Assembly: GCA_043759735.1 (NCBI GenBank)
Contig: JAYUQC010000070.1
Location: forward strand, 10,985-74,984
Length of the DNA stretch: 64,000 bases
Direction: 5' to 3'
Source of the DNA: Rhodoferax sp.
GTDB taxonomy: Bacteria > Pseudomonadota > Gammaproteobacteria > Burkholderiales > Burkholderiaceae_C
Positions 21,847-31,511 of this stretch are shown in pieces. Under the pieces are notes generated by a model. That model was given only the letters and a program-made list of their open reading frames with translations. It ran no database searches and was not told the DNA's origin. The translations under genes and the position numbers were made by a program. The number at the start of each line of letters is the position of its first letter. Positions within the stretch are counted from its first letter, which is position 1.

Positions 21847-22845
21847 ATGACCAATGCAAGGACGACGACGTCAATTGGCCGGCGCGTCGTAGCTGAACAG
21901 GCCCCTGCAACCGGTTGTGACCGAGCGATTCTTGGCCGCGCGGCGTGTTGCTGGTCGCGATGGCTGTCAGTCAGTCTGCTGTTGGTGTTGGTGGCATGTG
22001 CATCCACCGAGCCGTCGGTCAACCCCGTGGTGCAGCCGCCAGCGGCGGTTGCGGTGGTCAAGCCTGCACCTCGGATCGGATTGGCGCTCGGTGGCGGCGC
22101 CGCACGCGGGTTTGCCCATGTCGGCGTGATCCAGGTACTCGAGGAGGCGGGTATTCGTCCCGACTTTGTTGTCGGCACGTCTGCCGGCAGCGTGGTTGCG
22201 GCGATATACGCCAGTGGACGCAATGGTGCGCAATTGCAGCAGATCGCCGAAAGCATGGAAGAGGCCAGCCTGACAGATTGGACACTTCCGTTGTTTGGCC
22301 GAGGCCTGCTGCGGGGCGACGCGATCGCACGCTACGTCAATGGCCATGTCGGCGGGCGGCCCATCGAGTCGATGGGTATCGCACTGGGCATTGTCGCCAC
22401 CGACTTGCAATCCGGCGAAGGCATCCTGTTTCGCCGCGGCGACACTGGACTGGCCGTTCGCGCGTCCAGTGCGGTGCCGTCGCTGTTTCAGCCGGTGCGC
22501 ATCGCGGGCCGCGAGTATGTCGATGGTGGCCTGGTGGCGCCGGTTCCGGTGCGGTATGCCCGCCATATGGGCGCGGACCTGGTGATCGCGGTGGATATCT
22601 CGAATGCGCCGGACAACTATGCCCCCGAGGGGGTGTTGCAGGTGCTGATGCAGACCTTCGCCATCATGGGCAAGAGCATCAATGCCCTGGAGTTGCGCCA
22701 TGCGGATGTCGTCGTGCAGCCGGTGCTGACCGGCGTCGGCAGTGCGGATTTCTCCGTGCGGCGCCGTTCGATCGAAGCGGGCCGCGCCGCCATGCTCGCC
22801 GCCTTGCCAGCCTACAGGGCGCGCCGGGCCGTTCTGATGCAATAA
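21847..22845 (+). CDS. Patatin-like phospholipase (probable lipoprotein)
   Basis: LGGGAARG, GTSAG nucleophile elbow, DGG; lipobox-like LVAC; start uncertain. Confidence 0.9.
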   Translation: MTNARTTTSIGRRVVAEQAPATGCDRAILGRAACCWSRWLSVSLLLVLVACASTEPSVNPVVQPPAAVAVVKPAPRIGLALGGGAARGFAHVGVIQVLEEAGIRPDFVVGTSAGSVVAAIYASGRNGAQLQQIAESMEEASLTDWTLPLFGRGLLRGDAIARYVNGHVGGRPIESMGIALGIVATDLQSGEGILFRRGDTGLAVRASSAVPSLFQPVRIAGREYVDGGLVAPVPVRYARHMGADLVIAVDISNAPDNYAPEGVLQVLMQTFAIMGKSINALELRHADVVVQPVLTGVGSADFSVRRRSIEAGRAAMLAALPAYRARRAVLMQ

Positions 22846-22932
22846 GCTGGCAGTTTTCCGGCCAATGCCACCCGGGCTGCCGGTCGTTCAAGCGGCATCG
22901 GGTTGCCTGGCCCCGATACGGGGGACCACCGA

Positions 22933-23559
22933 TTACAGGTCATCGACCGTCGGGATGATGACGATGTCGATCGCCTCCGTCCGGTTGCGCACACTGACCT
23001 GCGCATGCCGGTAGCCTGACACATCCAGTCCAGCGTGATGCGCCATCGGCGCGGAGACGATCAGCTGGCACTGGAATTGCTCGGTCTGGTCCTGCAGGCG
23101 ACTCGTGGTGTTGACGGTATCGCCCACGGCCGTGAGGTAGGTCGCCACCCCGCGCCCCATGTGTCCGACCACCGTGGGTCCGCAATGGATGCCGATGCCC
23201 AGTTGCAAGGGGCTGGCCAGTTCGTACCAGGACCGTCGGAACCAGCAGCCCCAACCCCAACTGGACAGCCTGCCACAAGGGCATGCGCAGATGGCGACGC
23301 AGGTAAATGGACCAGAAGGCCAGCAGCAAATGAACCAGCAGGGCGCCAGGCAGCAGTGTCGAGCCAACCGGATTGCGCCAGATTGCAATAAACAGCACAA
23401 GCGGCCCGCTTCCATGGCCTGCAGCGAAACAAGTCCGAGCGCATGGTTCATCAGATGGGTGCTGACGAAGCCGAACAGCACCAGCCCCGCATAAAGCCGC
23501 GCGCGCCGCACCCGAGCCGTATCGAGCCAGGATGCCCATGCTGGCGATGGCAGCTGCAT
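22933..23559 (-). pseudogene. Remnant of a CyaC-type membrane (heme/2Fe-2S) adenylate cyclase
   Basis: N-terminal RLYAGLVLFGFVSTHLMNHALGLVSLQAME; frameshift near 23399; continues in another frame as WRNPVG..LLVHLLL..LGLLVPTVL; abrupt junction near 23225 to the cyclase C-terminus GIGIHCG..TAVGDTVNTTSRLQ. Confidence 0.75.
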
Positions 23560-23816
23560 TGCCGGCACGTTCGGGCTAGGGCGACGGCAGGCCCAGCCGG
23601 GCCATGGGCCAGGGGCGGGTTGCGACAACCGTCAAGGACAACATGACCCGATGCTAGCGCGGTTTGGGCGCCATACCAGGGCATCGTGGGCCCGGCCCGT
23701 GTCTGGCGCCTATTGGCAAAATCGGCGCACCTATAATTTGCCCTCGCTTGCAGAGCGGGCACGACGGTACACAACACTAGAAGAACCGAAGCGACACGAC
23801 TCGAACGGAGAGCACG

Positions 23817-25043
23817 ATGAAGCGAGACCGCAAAGACACCCGCATCCTGATCTACAGCCACGACACCTTCGGCCTGGGGCATTTGCGCCGCTGCCGGACG
23901 ATTGCCCATGCGCTGGTCGATCGTTTCAAGCATTTGTCCGTGCTGATCCTGTCCGGCTCACCCATCATCGGCAGCTTTGATTTCCGCTCGCGGGTCGATT
24001 TCGTGCGCGTGCCGGGTGTGGTCAAGTTGCGCAACGGCGAATACACGCCGTTGAACCTGCATATTGATGTCGAACAGATGCTCCAGATGCGCGGCTCCAT
24101 CATCCGCCACACCGCCGAGGCATTTGATCCGGACATCTTCATCGTCGACAAGGAGCCCCTGGGTTTGCGCGGTGAGGTGCTGGAGACGCTGCAGATGCTC
24201 AAGCAGCGCGGCACCCGGCTGGTCATGGGCTTGCGCGATGTCATGGACGAACCCAAGCTGCTGGCCCCCGAGTGGCAGCGCAAGAAGGTGCTGCCGGCGC
24301 TGCGCGACCTGTACGACGAGATCTGGATATACGGTCTGCCCCAGATCTGCGAGCCGCTGGAGGGCATTGCGCTGCCCGCCAGTGTGCGAAAAAAGATCAC
24401 CTATACCGGTTACCTCGCGCGCGAAGTGTCCACCGGCGGTGCGCCGCCGCGCCTGCCCGACATCACCAAGAAGCCGTACATCCTGGTCACCACCGGGGGT
24501 GGCGGCGACGGTGAGGAACTGATCGACTGGGTGCTGCGAGCGTATGAACATGACCCGCTGCTGCCGTATCCTGCCTTGATGGTGCTGGGCCCGTTCATGC
24601 CGCCCGAGCGGCAGACTGAATTCATGAACCGTGCGTCGCGCCTGAAGCGCGTGGACGCGATCACTTTCCACAACAACCTCGAAGCGCTGGTCGCCGGCGC
24701 CAGCGGCGTGGTGGCGATGGGCGGCTACAACACCTTCTGCGAGGTCCTGTCGCTGGACAAGCGCGCGCTCATCATTCCGCGCACCAAGCCGCGGCTGGAG
24801 CAGTACATCCGGGCATCGAGCGCCGCCAAACTGGGATTGGTCAGTATGTTGCTCGAAGATGGGGCGCGGGACCCGAAGGTGATGGCCGACGCCTTGCGCG
24901 CATTGCCGCGTCAGCCATTGCCATCGATGGCCGTGGTGCCTGGTCTATTCGAGGGCCTGCCGAACGTGGCCAAGCTGGTGGCGCCCTGGATTCAAAAGGG
25001 TGACGACGAGGCATCCGAAGCGATGGTGGCGCGTATTGGCTGA
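23817..25043 (+). CDS. Predicted glycosyltransferase (COG4671-like, GT-B fold)
   Basis: YSHDTFGLGHLRR, VTTGGGGDG, MGGYNTFCE, PRTKPRLEQ. Confidence 0.85.
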   Translation: MKRDRKDTRILIYSHDTFGLGHLRRCRTIAHALVDRFKHLSVLILSGSPIIGSFDFRSRVDFVRVPGVVKLRNGEYTPLNLHIDVEQMLQMRGSIIRHTAEAFDPDIFIVDKEPLGLRGEVLETLQMLKQRGTRLVMGLRDVMDEPKLLAPEWQRKKVLPALRDLYDEIWIYGLPQICEPLEGIALPASVRKKITYTGYLAREVSTGGAPPRLPDITKKPYILVTTGGGGDGEELIDWVLRAYEHDPLLPYPALMVLGPFMPPERQTEFMNRASRLKRVDAITFHNNLEALVAGASGVVAMGGYNTFCEVLSLDKRALIIPRTKPRLEQYIRASSAAKLGLVSMLLEDGARDPKVMADALRALPRQPLPSMAVVPGLFEGLPNVAKLVAPWIQKGDDEASEAMVARIG

Positions 25044-26286
25044 GCCTGCGGCTGCGGACCGACCGGGCCGGGTCGCGTTTGTTCTCAAGGGGTACCCGAG
25101 GCTGTCGGAGACTTTTATCGCGCAGGAGATCGCCGCACTCGAGCAACGCGGTCTGTCGATCCTGATCGTGTCGCTGCGTCTGCCGACGGACAAGCAGGTA
25201 CATGCTATCCATGCCAGCATCCGCGCGCCCTTGCTGTATCTGCCTGAATACCTGCGCGACGACCCCCTGCGGGTGCTGCGAGCCTGGTGGAAGGTGCGCC
25301 GCAAGCCCGGATACACGCTTTCGTGGCGGCAATGGATGCAGGATTTTTGGCGCGACAGAAGCGCCAACCGAGCTCGGCGCTTCGGGCAGGCGCTGGTATT
25401 GGCGGCCGAATTGCCGGCCGACGTGGTGCGACTGCACGCCCACTTCCTGCATACACCGGCATCGGTGGTGCGGTACTGTGCCACGGTCTGCGGGCTGCCA
25501 TGGTCGGGCTCGGCCCATGCCAAGGACATCTGGACTACGCCAGAGTGGGAGTTGCGCGAAAAGCTCGCATCCTGCGACTGGCTGGTGACGTGTACCGCGA
25601 CCAATCGCAACTACCTGGCCAGCCTGGCGCCGCCTGGGCGGGTTGATCTGGTCTACCATGGTCTGGACCTGAGTCGCTTCGCGCACCCGGCCAGCTCCAG
25701 AACTTCCCGCGATGGCAGCGCCGCCGGTGATCCGATCATGTTGTTGTCAGTTGGACGCCTGGTCGAGAAAAAGGGTACCGACGTGCTGCTCGACGCCCTT
25801 GCGCGCATGCCCGGCGACCTGCATTGGCGGCTGGTCCACGTTGGCGGTGGTCCACTCGGCAAGGCCTTGGCGCGGCAGGCGGAGCAACTCGGATTGACCA
25901 ATCGTATTCAATGGTGCGGCGCCATGGCGCAGGGCCAGTTGCTCGACCTGTACCAATCTGCTGACCTGTTCGCATTGGCCAGCAAGATTGCGCAGGACGG
26001 TGATCGTGATGGACTACCCAATGTGCTGATGGAGGCGCAGAGCCAGGCCATTGCCTGCGTTGCCACGGATGTATCGGCGATCCATGAATTGATCATCGAC
26101 GGCGTGACCGGGGTGCTGGTACCGCCGCAGGACCCACCGGCATTGGCACGCGCACTGCAGCTGCTGATGCGCGATCCCGCGCGCCGACGCACGTTGGGTG
26201 AGGCGGGGCGTGATCGGGTCACGGCGCAGTTTGGCTTGCAGAGCAATCTGGATCGACTGGCGGTCCGCTTCGGTCTGCCCGGCTGA
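25036..26286 (+). CDS. GT4 family glycosyltransferase (WcaL-like)
   Basis: GYPRLSETFIAQEI, HAHF, AHAKDI, VGRLVEKKG, DGLPNVLMEA; TTG start overlapping the upstream gene (start uncertain). Confidence 0.9.
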   Translation: MAEPAAADRPGRVAFVLKGYPRLSETFIAQEIAALEQRGLSILIVSLRLPTDKQVHAIHASIRAPLLYLPEYLRDDPLRVLRAWWKVRRKPGYTLSWRQWMQDFWRDRSANRARRFGQALVLAAELPADVVRLHAHFLHTPASVVRYCATVCGLPWSGSAHAKDIWTTPEWELREKLASCDWLVTCTATNRNYLASLAPPGRVDLVYHGLDLSRFAHPASSRTSRDGSAAGDPIMLLSVGRLVEKKGTDVLLDALARMPGDLHWRLVHVGGGPLGKALARQAEQLGLTNRIQWCGAMAQGQLLDLYQSADLFALASKIAQDGDRDGLPNVLMEAQSQAIACVATDVSAIHELIIDGVTGVLVPPQDPPALARALQLLMRDPARRRTLGEAGRDRVTAQFGLQSNLDRLAVRFGLPG

Positions 26287-26347
26287 TCGGGCAGCCAGCC
26301 CGGCCGCGTGCGGCAAACCTGCTCGCGCGGCGGCGCCGCCACGGCGG

Positions 26348-28237
26348 TTACCGTGCGCTGGCAATGTCAGCGATCCTGCCGGTATGCTCCAGGCCAGCGA
26401 TGCACAACATCCGGTGCACCAGGCTGCTGCCCAGGTACTGCGGGTTGCACCTGGCGGCATCCAGCAGGCGCATCACGGAGATCCGCTCGCGCAACAGGCG
26501 GGAGGCCGCGATCAACTGCAATATCTGGTCGCGATTGTTGCGCAGGAAGTGGTGGTAGACCCAGCGAAAACCCTGCTTGTCGCGCCGCCACTGGGTCGGC
26601 AGCGGCACCGGGAATACGCCGCGCAAGGCATGTTTGTTCCACGCGCCGACGAAGCAAGCGCGGTAGCCGCTGCCCATGTACGGAGCCAGGCGATAGTCCA
26701 GCAAGGGACTGCGGTTCTCGATGCCCGACATCATGGCGTTGCGGTCGTTTTGCCACAGCCATTCATGCAGCCTTCCATGGCTGGCGTCGAGCACCAGCGC
26801 GTCGGGAAGACTGCCGTGGAAATCAACCAGCGGGTCGCGCTGGGGCGCGTCGCGCACACCCGGCTGCACGAAGGCGTCCAGGTCGAGCGGGTCGTCACGG
26901 TTTCGGGTCAGGCCACTGCTGCGTGCCGATACAGGGTGCCCGGTGGCGCCAGCCGCCAGCGCCGCCTGGACGATCGCCAGCACCTGCGGGTTGTCTGCAT
27001 TGTCTGCAAGAACCTGGGCGATCCAGGCCTGGTCATCGGCCAATAGCGCGTCATGCGCGGCAAACCGCAGGTAACGATCCCAGTAGCCGGCAAACACCTC
27101 GTCGCCGCCGGTGCCGTCCAGTACTACCGGCACGTCATGGCTGGCGATATGGCCATACAACTGTGGCATCGCCAATGCATTGCCGATGAAAGGAAAGGGC
27201 TTTTCCTGGTGCCGGCAGACCTGCAGGAAGCCGTCCATGCTGGTGCTACCGTAGTCCAGCGGCAGGTTGACACTGCGCAGGCCGAGTTGCTCGATGCAGG
27301 CCCGGGCAAAACCCGCATCGTCGCTCTTGCCGGCATCGCCGGTGAAACAGGTCACCTGCTCGGTCAGTCCCTGGTCCGCCAGCACCGATAAAATCAGCGA
27401 GCTGTCGACGCCACCGGACAACAGCAAGCCTACCCGGCGGTCCGCTACCAGCCGGGAGCGCACCGCGTCAGCCACCAGCTCCGCCAGCGACGCAGGATCG
27501 CGCTGGCCGGTTTTTACATGCCCTGCCAGATCGAAGTAGGGCTGTTCGCTGCGGCTCCAGCTGGCCAGGTCCAGCTCCATCGCGCAACCGGCGCGCACCT
27601 GGCGGATGCCCTGCAGATGGGTGGCGCCGTCGGCATGCGGAAACGCCCAGCCATCGCGCAGGTAACTGTCCAGGTCGGTTGCCACCATGCCGGGTCGCCG
27701 GCCGAGGTAGAACAGCAGAGCGCCGATTTCGGAGGCCATGCACAGCGTCTGCGCGTCCTGGTAAAAGAACAGTGGCTTCTTGCCGTAGCGATCACGCACG
27801 GCGGTCAGGCGCTGCCGCCGCTCGTCGAGCAAACACAGCGCCCACATGCCATTGGCCTTGTTCAAGCCCTGAACGCCGTCATGCGCGAGCAGGCTGAGCA
27901 GGACTTCGGTGTCGCCGTCCGTGTCGAATCGGGCGCCGGCGCGGACCAGGCCGGCGCGCAGCTCGCGAAAATTGTAGATCTCGCCGTTGTAGGCCAGGGT
28001 CAGGCCGTCACGCACAAACGGCTGGTCGGAGCGCGCGGTCGGATCCAGGATGGACAGCCGTGTGTGGCCGACGAATCCGTGTACGTGCGCAGGCCCATCG
28101 GACGACGCAACGGCCCAGTCGAACAGGGTGTGCCCGTGGCCGTCCGGACCCCTGTGGCGCAATTGCGCGGTCGCCGCCTCGGCCCGTGCGCGGTCTATCG
28201 GCCGCGACCGCTCGAGAACAAGAAAGATTCCGCACAT
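26348..28237 (-). CDS. Asparagine synthetase B-type glutamine amidotransferase
   Basis: MCGI (Ntn Cys), HRGPD, RLSILD, NGEIYN, DTEV, RDRYGKKPL, LSGGVDSS, GTGGDE, IENRSPLLD. Confidence 0.9.
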   Translation of the reverse strand: MCGIFLVLERSRPIDRARAEAATAQLRHRGPDGHGHTLFDWAVASSDGPAHVHGFVGHTRLSILDPTARSDQPFVRDGLTLAYNGEIYNFRELRAGLVRAGARFDTDGDTEVLLSLLAHDGVQGLNKANGMWALCLLDERRQRLTAVRDRYGKKPLFFYQDAQTLCMASEIGALLFYLGRRPGMVATDLDSYLRDGWAFPHADGATHLQGIRQVRAGCAMELDLASWSRSEQPYFDLAGHVKTGQRDPASLAELVADAVRSRLVADRRVGLLLSGGVDSSLILSVLADQGLTEQVTCFTGDAGKSDDAGFARACIEQLGLRSVNLPLDYGSTSMDGFLQVCRHQEKPFPFIGNALAMPQLYGHIASHDVPVVLDGTGGDEVFAGYWDRYLRFAAHDALLADDQAWIAQVLADNADNPQVLAIVQAALAAGATGHPVSARSSGLTRNRDDPLDLDAFVQPGVRDAPQRDPLVDFHGSLPDALVLDASHGRLHEWLWQNDRNAMMSGIENRSPLLDYRLAPYMGSGYRACFVGAWNKHALRGVFPVPLPTQWRRDKQGFRWVYHHFLRNNRDQILQLIAASRLLRERISVMRLLDAARCNPQYLGSSLVHRMLCIAGLEHTGRIADIASAR

Positions 28238-28375
28238 GGGCTCATTGGGTGTTGCGAGGCCAGAGTCTTGCTGGCGAAGAGGTCCGGCCGCGATGGACGT
28301 GTGCGAGACCAAAGCCGCGGATTGTACGGGCCATACTTTTATCCGAGGCATCATTGCCGGCTCCTACAATAGCGC

Positions 28376-29554
28376 ATGCGCATCGCCTTCTACGCGCCGC
28401 TGAAGGCGCCGACCCATGGGACCGCATCCGGCGACCGGCGCGTGGCGCGCTTGCTGATGGAAGCGTTGCGCCTGGCGGGTCATGTGGTCGAGCTGGTTTC
28501 GGACTTTCGCAGTTTCGAGGGCGCCGGAGAACCCGCCCGCCAGCAACTCTTGCGCCGGCAAGGACACGACATTGCCCGGGGATTGATTGCGCGCTGGCGC
28601 GATGACACGACCGGCCAGCGCCCCGAACTCTGGTTCACCTACCACCTGTACTACAAGGCACCGGACTGGCTGGGCCCTGCGGTCAGCCGGGCGTTGGGTG
28701 TTCCCTATGTGGTGGCAGAGGCGTCGCATGCGCCCAAACGCCTGTCGGGTGCCTGGGCACAAGGGCAGGGCGCCGTACATGACGCGATTCAAGTGGCCGA
28801 CTTGCTGCTGTGCCCGACCGCCCATGACGTGGCCGGATTGCGATTGGCGGCGCCGCCGCGCACCCGCATCGAACGCCTGCCGCCATTTCTTGATCCCGCG
28901 CCCTACCAGCGTGCAGCGCGCAAGCGGTCGCTGGTGCGATTGCGCCTGCAGGCGGGCTGTGATCTGGCGCCGGACCAGCCCTGGATGCTCGTGGCCGCCA
29001 TGATGCGTCCAGGCGACAAATTGGCGTCCTACGCCTTGCTGGCTCAGACGCTGGCCCTGTTGTCCGATCTGCCGTGGCAGCTTCTCGTGGCCGGTGATGG
29101 CCCGGCGCGTGCGCAGGTCCAAGCGTTGTTGGCGCAAGCCGCTCCCGGCCGGGTACATTTTCTGGGCGCGTGTGGCGCGCGCGCGATGGCCGCGTTGTAC
29201 GCCGCCACTGATCTGTGCATCTGGCCGGCCGTCAACGAGGCCTATGGCATGGCGATGTTGGAGGCACAGGCAGCGGGATGTCCGGTGGTGTCCTGTGCCA
29301 CGCGCGGCGTGCCGGATGTGGTGGTTGACGGCAAGACCGGCCTGTTGGCAGACGCTATCGATGCGCAGTTGCTGGCCGACTGCGCCCGGGCCTTGTTGTC
29401 CGATATGCCCCGTCGCAGCGCCATGGGGCTGGCCGCTGCTGAATTCGTCCAACACCAGCGCAGCCTGGCGCACGCGGCCGTCACGCTGCATCGCTTGTTG
29501 GCCGGCTGGGAGAGCCCGGCCCGCAGGTACACACTGGGGACAGCCAACTCATGA
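28376..29554 (+). CDS. GT4 family glycosyltransferase
   Basis: MRIAFYAPLK..SGDRRVAR, TYHLYYKAPD, AMMRPGDK, NEAYGMAMLEAQAAG. Confidence 0.88.
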   Translation: MRIAFYAPLKAPTHGTASGDRRVARLLMEALRLAGHVVELVSDFRSFEGAGEPARQQLLRRQGHDIARGLIARWRDDTTGQRPELWFTYHLYYKAPDWLGPAVSRALGVPYVVAEASHAPKRLSGAWAQGQGAVHDAIQVADLLLCPTAHDVAGLRLAAPPRTRIERLPPFLDPAPYQRAARKRSLVRLRLQAGCDLAPDQPWMLVAAMMRPGDKLASYALLAQTLALLSDLPWQLLVAGDGPARAQVQALLAQAAPGRVHFLGACGARAMAALYAATDLCIWPAVNEAYGMAMLEAQAAGCPVVSCATRGVPDVVVDGKTGLLADAIDAQLLADCARALLSDMPRRSAMGLAAAEFVQHQRSLAHAAVTLHRLLAGWESPARRYTLGTANS

Positions 29555-29710
29555 GAAAACGCCGGGCCGCTCCCAAGTTTTCTGGCACCCCCTCGGGGGG
29601 CCTGGCGAAGCCAGGGCTGGGGGCGCTCATGAGAAACGCCGGGCCGCTCCCAAGTTTTCTGGCACCCCCTCGGGGGGCCTGGCGAAGCCAGGGCTGGGGG
29701 CGCTCATGAG
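29548..29710 (+). repeat. Tandem hairpin repeat (78 + 77 bp units) bounded by CTCATGAG; reads as a 52-aa mini-ORF at 29551-29709
   Basis: CTCATGAG at 29548, 29626 and 29703; units identical except AGAAAAC vs AGAAAC; core CGCCGGGCCGCTCCCAAG; hairpins CCCCCTCGGGGG and CCTGGC-GAA-GCCAGG. Confidence 0.95.
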
Positions 29711-30320
29711 TGTTCAATTCGGCCTGCTGCGCCATGGCGAAACCAGCTGGAGCCGCGACAAGCGGGTGCAGGGCCGTACCGATGTTGCCTTGTCTGAGGC
29801 GGGTCGGGCTTATCTGGCGGCCCGATCTCTGCCGCTGGCCTGTGCCCGTATGCAGGTGTGGTCGAGTCCGCTGGCACGATGTACCCAGACCGCCGCGCAA
29901 TTGCGCTTGTCCCCGGTGGCGATCGAAGCGCGACTGATCGAGATGGCATGGGGCCGCTGGGAGGGGCGCCGGCTGGCCGACCTGCGCACTGAACTGGGTG
30001 ATGCAATGGCGCAGAACGAGGCCCGTGGTTGGGATTTCATGGCGCCCGATGGCGAGAGTCCGCGCCAGGTATGGCAGCGCGTCCGCCCCTGGCTGGCTGA
30101 AGTGGCGGCCAACGGCCAACCAACACTGGCCGTCACCCATCGTGGCGTGATGCGGGTGATCTTCGCCATGGCCACCGGCTGGGACATGCTGGGCAAACCG
30201 CCAGCCCGGCTTGACTGGACGTCGTTGCAGTTGTTTGGACTCGATGCCGGCGGAATGCCGGTTGTGCGCCAGCTCAATACGGCGCTCGAAACCGCTGGCG
30301 ACGCCCGGGCGGTGCTGTGA
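29706..30320 (+). CDS. Histidine phosphatase (phosphoglycerate mutase-like) family protein
   Basis: LLRHGET, QGRTD, SSPLAR, EMAWGRWEG, GES, VTHRGV. Confidence 0.92.
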   Translation: MSVQFGLLRHGETSWSRDKRVQGRTDVALSEAGRAYLAARSLPLACARMQVWSSPLARCTQTAAQLRLSPVAIEARLIEMAWGRWEGRRLADLRTELGDAMAQNEARGWDFMAPDGESPRQVWQRVRPWLAEVAANGQPTLAVTHRGVMRVIFAMATGWDMLGKPPARLDWTSLQLFGLDAGGMPVVRQLNTALETAGDARAVL

Positions 30321-31501
30321 CCGCACCCCGTGTCCTGGTGTATGTACAGCACCTGCTGGGCACCGGCCATCTGAAACGGGCGGCGCTGCTGGCCGACGCA
30401 ATGACCCGTGCCGGCCTGGCCGTTACGCTGGTCAGTGGTGGCCTGCCGGTGCCGGGTCTGGCAGTCAACGCCGCGCGGTGGGTGCAGCTGCCACCGGTGG
30501 CTGCCGCGGACCCGACTTTCAAGTCGCTGGTCGACGCGCAAGGCCGGCCGGTCGATGACGCGTTCCGGCAGACCCGTCGCGATCGCCTGTTGACGGTATG
30601 GCGTGAGACCGATCCACAGTTGTTGCTGGTGGAGCTGTTTCCTTTCGGGCGTCGCCAGATGCGTTTCGAGTTGTTGCCGCTACTGGATGCGGCGCGCGCT
30701 GCGCCGCATCCGCCGCTGGTTGTGTCGTCGGTGCGCGATGTACTGGGTGGCAACCAGAGCGACCCGCTGCGGCAGCAGCGCATGCTGGGGCTGTTCGACC
30801 AGTATTTCGACCATGTGCTGGTGCATGGGGACCCAACTCTGGTGCCGTTTGAGCGTACGTTTGCCCATGTGCGCGAGCTCGGTGCGCGGCTGCACTACAC
30901 CGGTTATGTGGTCGAGCCGTCATTGCGCATCGACGATGGTCTTGAAGAACAGGCGGACAGCGAGGAGGAGGTGCTGGTATCGGCCGGTGGTGGCGCCGTA
31001 GGTCGGCCGCTGCTCGAGGCGGCCATTCGCGCGCGGCCGATGTCGCGACTGGCCCAGCGGCGCTGGCGGGTACTGGTCGGTGCAGGCATCGACGATGCCG
31101 GGTTCGCCGCCCTTGCGGCGCTTGCAAGCGAACGCAACGGCGCGGGCGCTCTGGTGGAGCGCAACCGCGCCGATTTCCGGAGCTTGCTGCAGCGCTGCCA
31201 TGTCTCTGTCAGTCAGGCCGGATACAACACTGTGATGGAAACATTGCAGACCGGGGCGCGTTCGGTGATGGTGCCGTTTGCCGGTGGTTCGGAGAGCGAA
31301 CAGAGCCTGCGTGCGCGGCTATTGGCCGCGCGCGGTTGGATCGACCTGCTGGAGGAGAGGGACCTGACTCCCCGGGCTCTTGCGCAGGCGGTCGATCGCG
31401 CCGCGGCGCGCGTTGTCGTCGTGCCTGGGCCGGTCCGGATGGACGGGGCCCAAACCAGTGCGCAGCTGGTCCAACGCATGCTGGCAGCAATGCCGACTTG
31501 A
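30317..31501 (+). CDS. Predicted glycosyltransferase (COG4671-like, second paralog)
   Basis: YVQHLLGTGHLKR, ELFPFGRR, VSAGGGAVG, SQAGYNTVME; GTGA overlap with the upstream gene. Confidence 0.85.
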   Translation: MTAPRVLVYVQHLLGTGHLKRAALLADAMTRAGLAVTLVSGGLPVPGLAVNAARWVQLPPVAAADPTFKSLVDAQGRPVDDAFRQTRRDRLLTVWRETDPQLLLVELFPFGRRQMRFELLPLLDAARAAPHPPLVVSSVRDVLGGNQSDPLRQQRMLGLFDQYFDHVLVHGDPTLVPFERTFAHVRELGARLHYTGYVVEPSLRIDDGLEEQADSEEEVLVSAGGGAVGRPLLEAAIRARPMSRLAQRRWRVLVGAGIDDAGFAALAALASERNGAGALVERNRADFRSLLQRCHVSVSQAGYNTVMETLQTGARSVMVPFAGGSESEQSLRARLLAARGWIDLLEERDLTPRALAQAVDRAAARVVVVPGPVRMDGAQTSAQLVQRMLAAMPT

Positions 31502-31511
31502 GACAACATTG

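Noticed and set aside
22933-23628. 231-aa ORF as an intact small cyclase
   Set aside because: Its middle section is out of frame relative to the homologous TM sequence and the metal-binding Asp motifs are missing; treated as a pseudogene
26348-28237. AsnB-like gene as a lasso-peptide cyclase
   Set aside because: It retains the N-terminal Cys glutaminase domain, and no precursor peptide, B1/RRE or B2 protease gene is adjacent
29548-29710. Tandem repeats as a CRISPR array
   Set aside because: Units repeat in full with no unique spacers, there are only two copies per locus, and no cas genes are present
29094-30320. 408-aa ORF-track call for the phosphatase
   Set aside because: The first half overlaps the GT4 gene out of frame and runs through the repeat; the RHG domain begins right after ATG 29706
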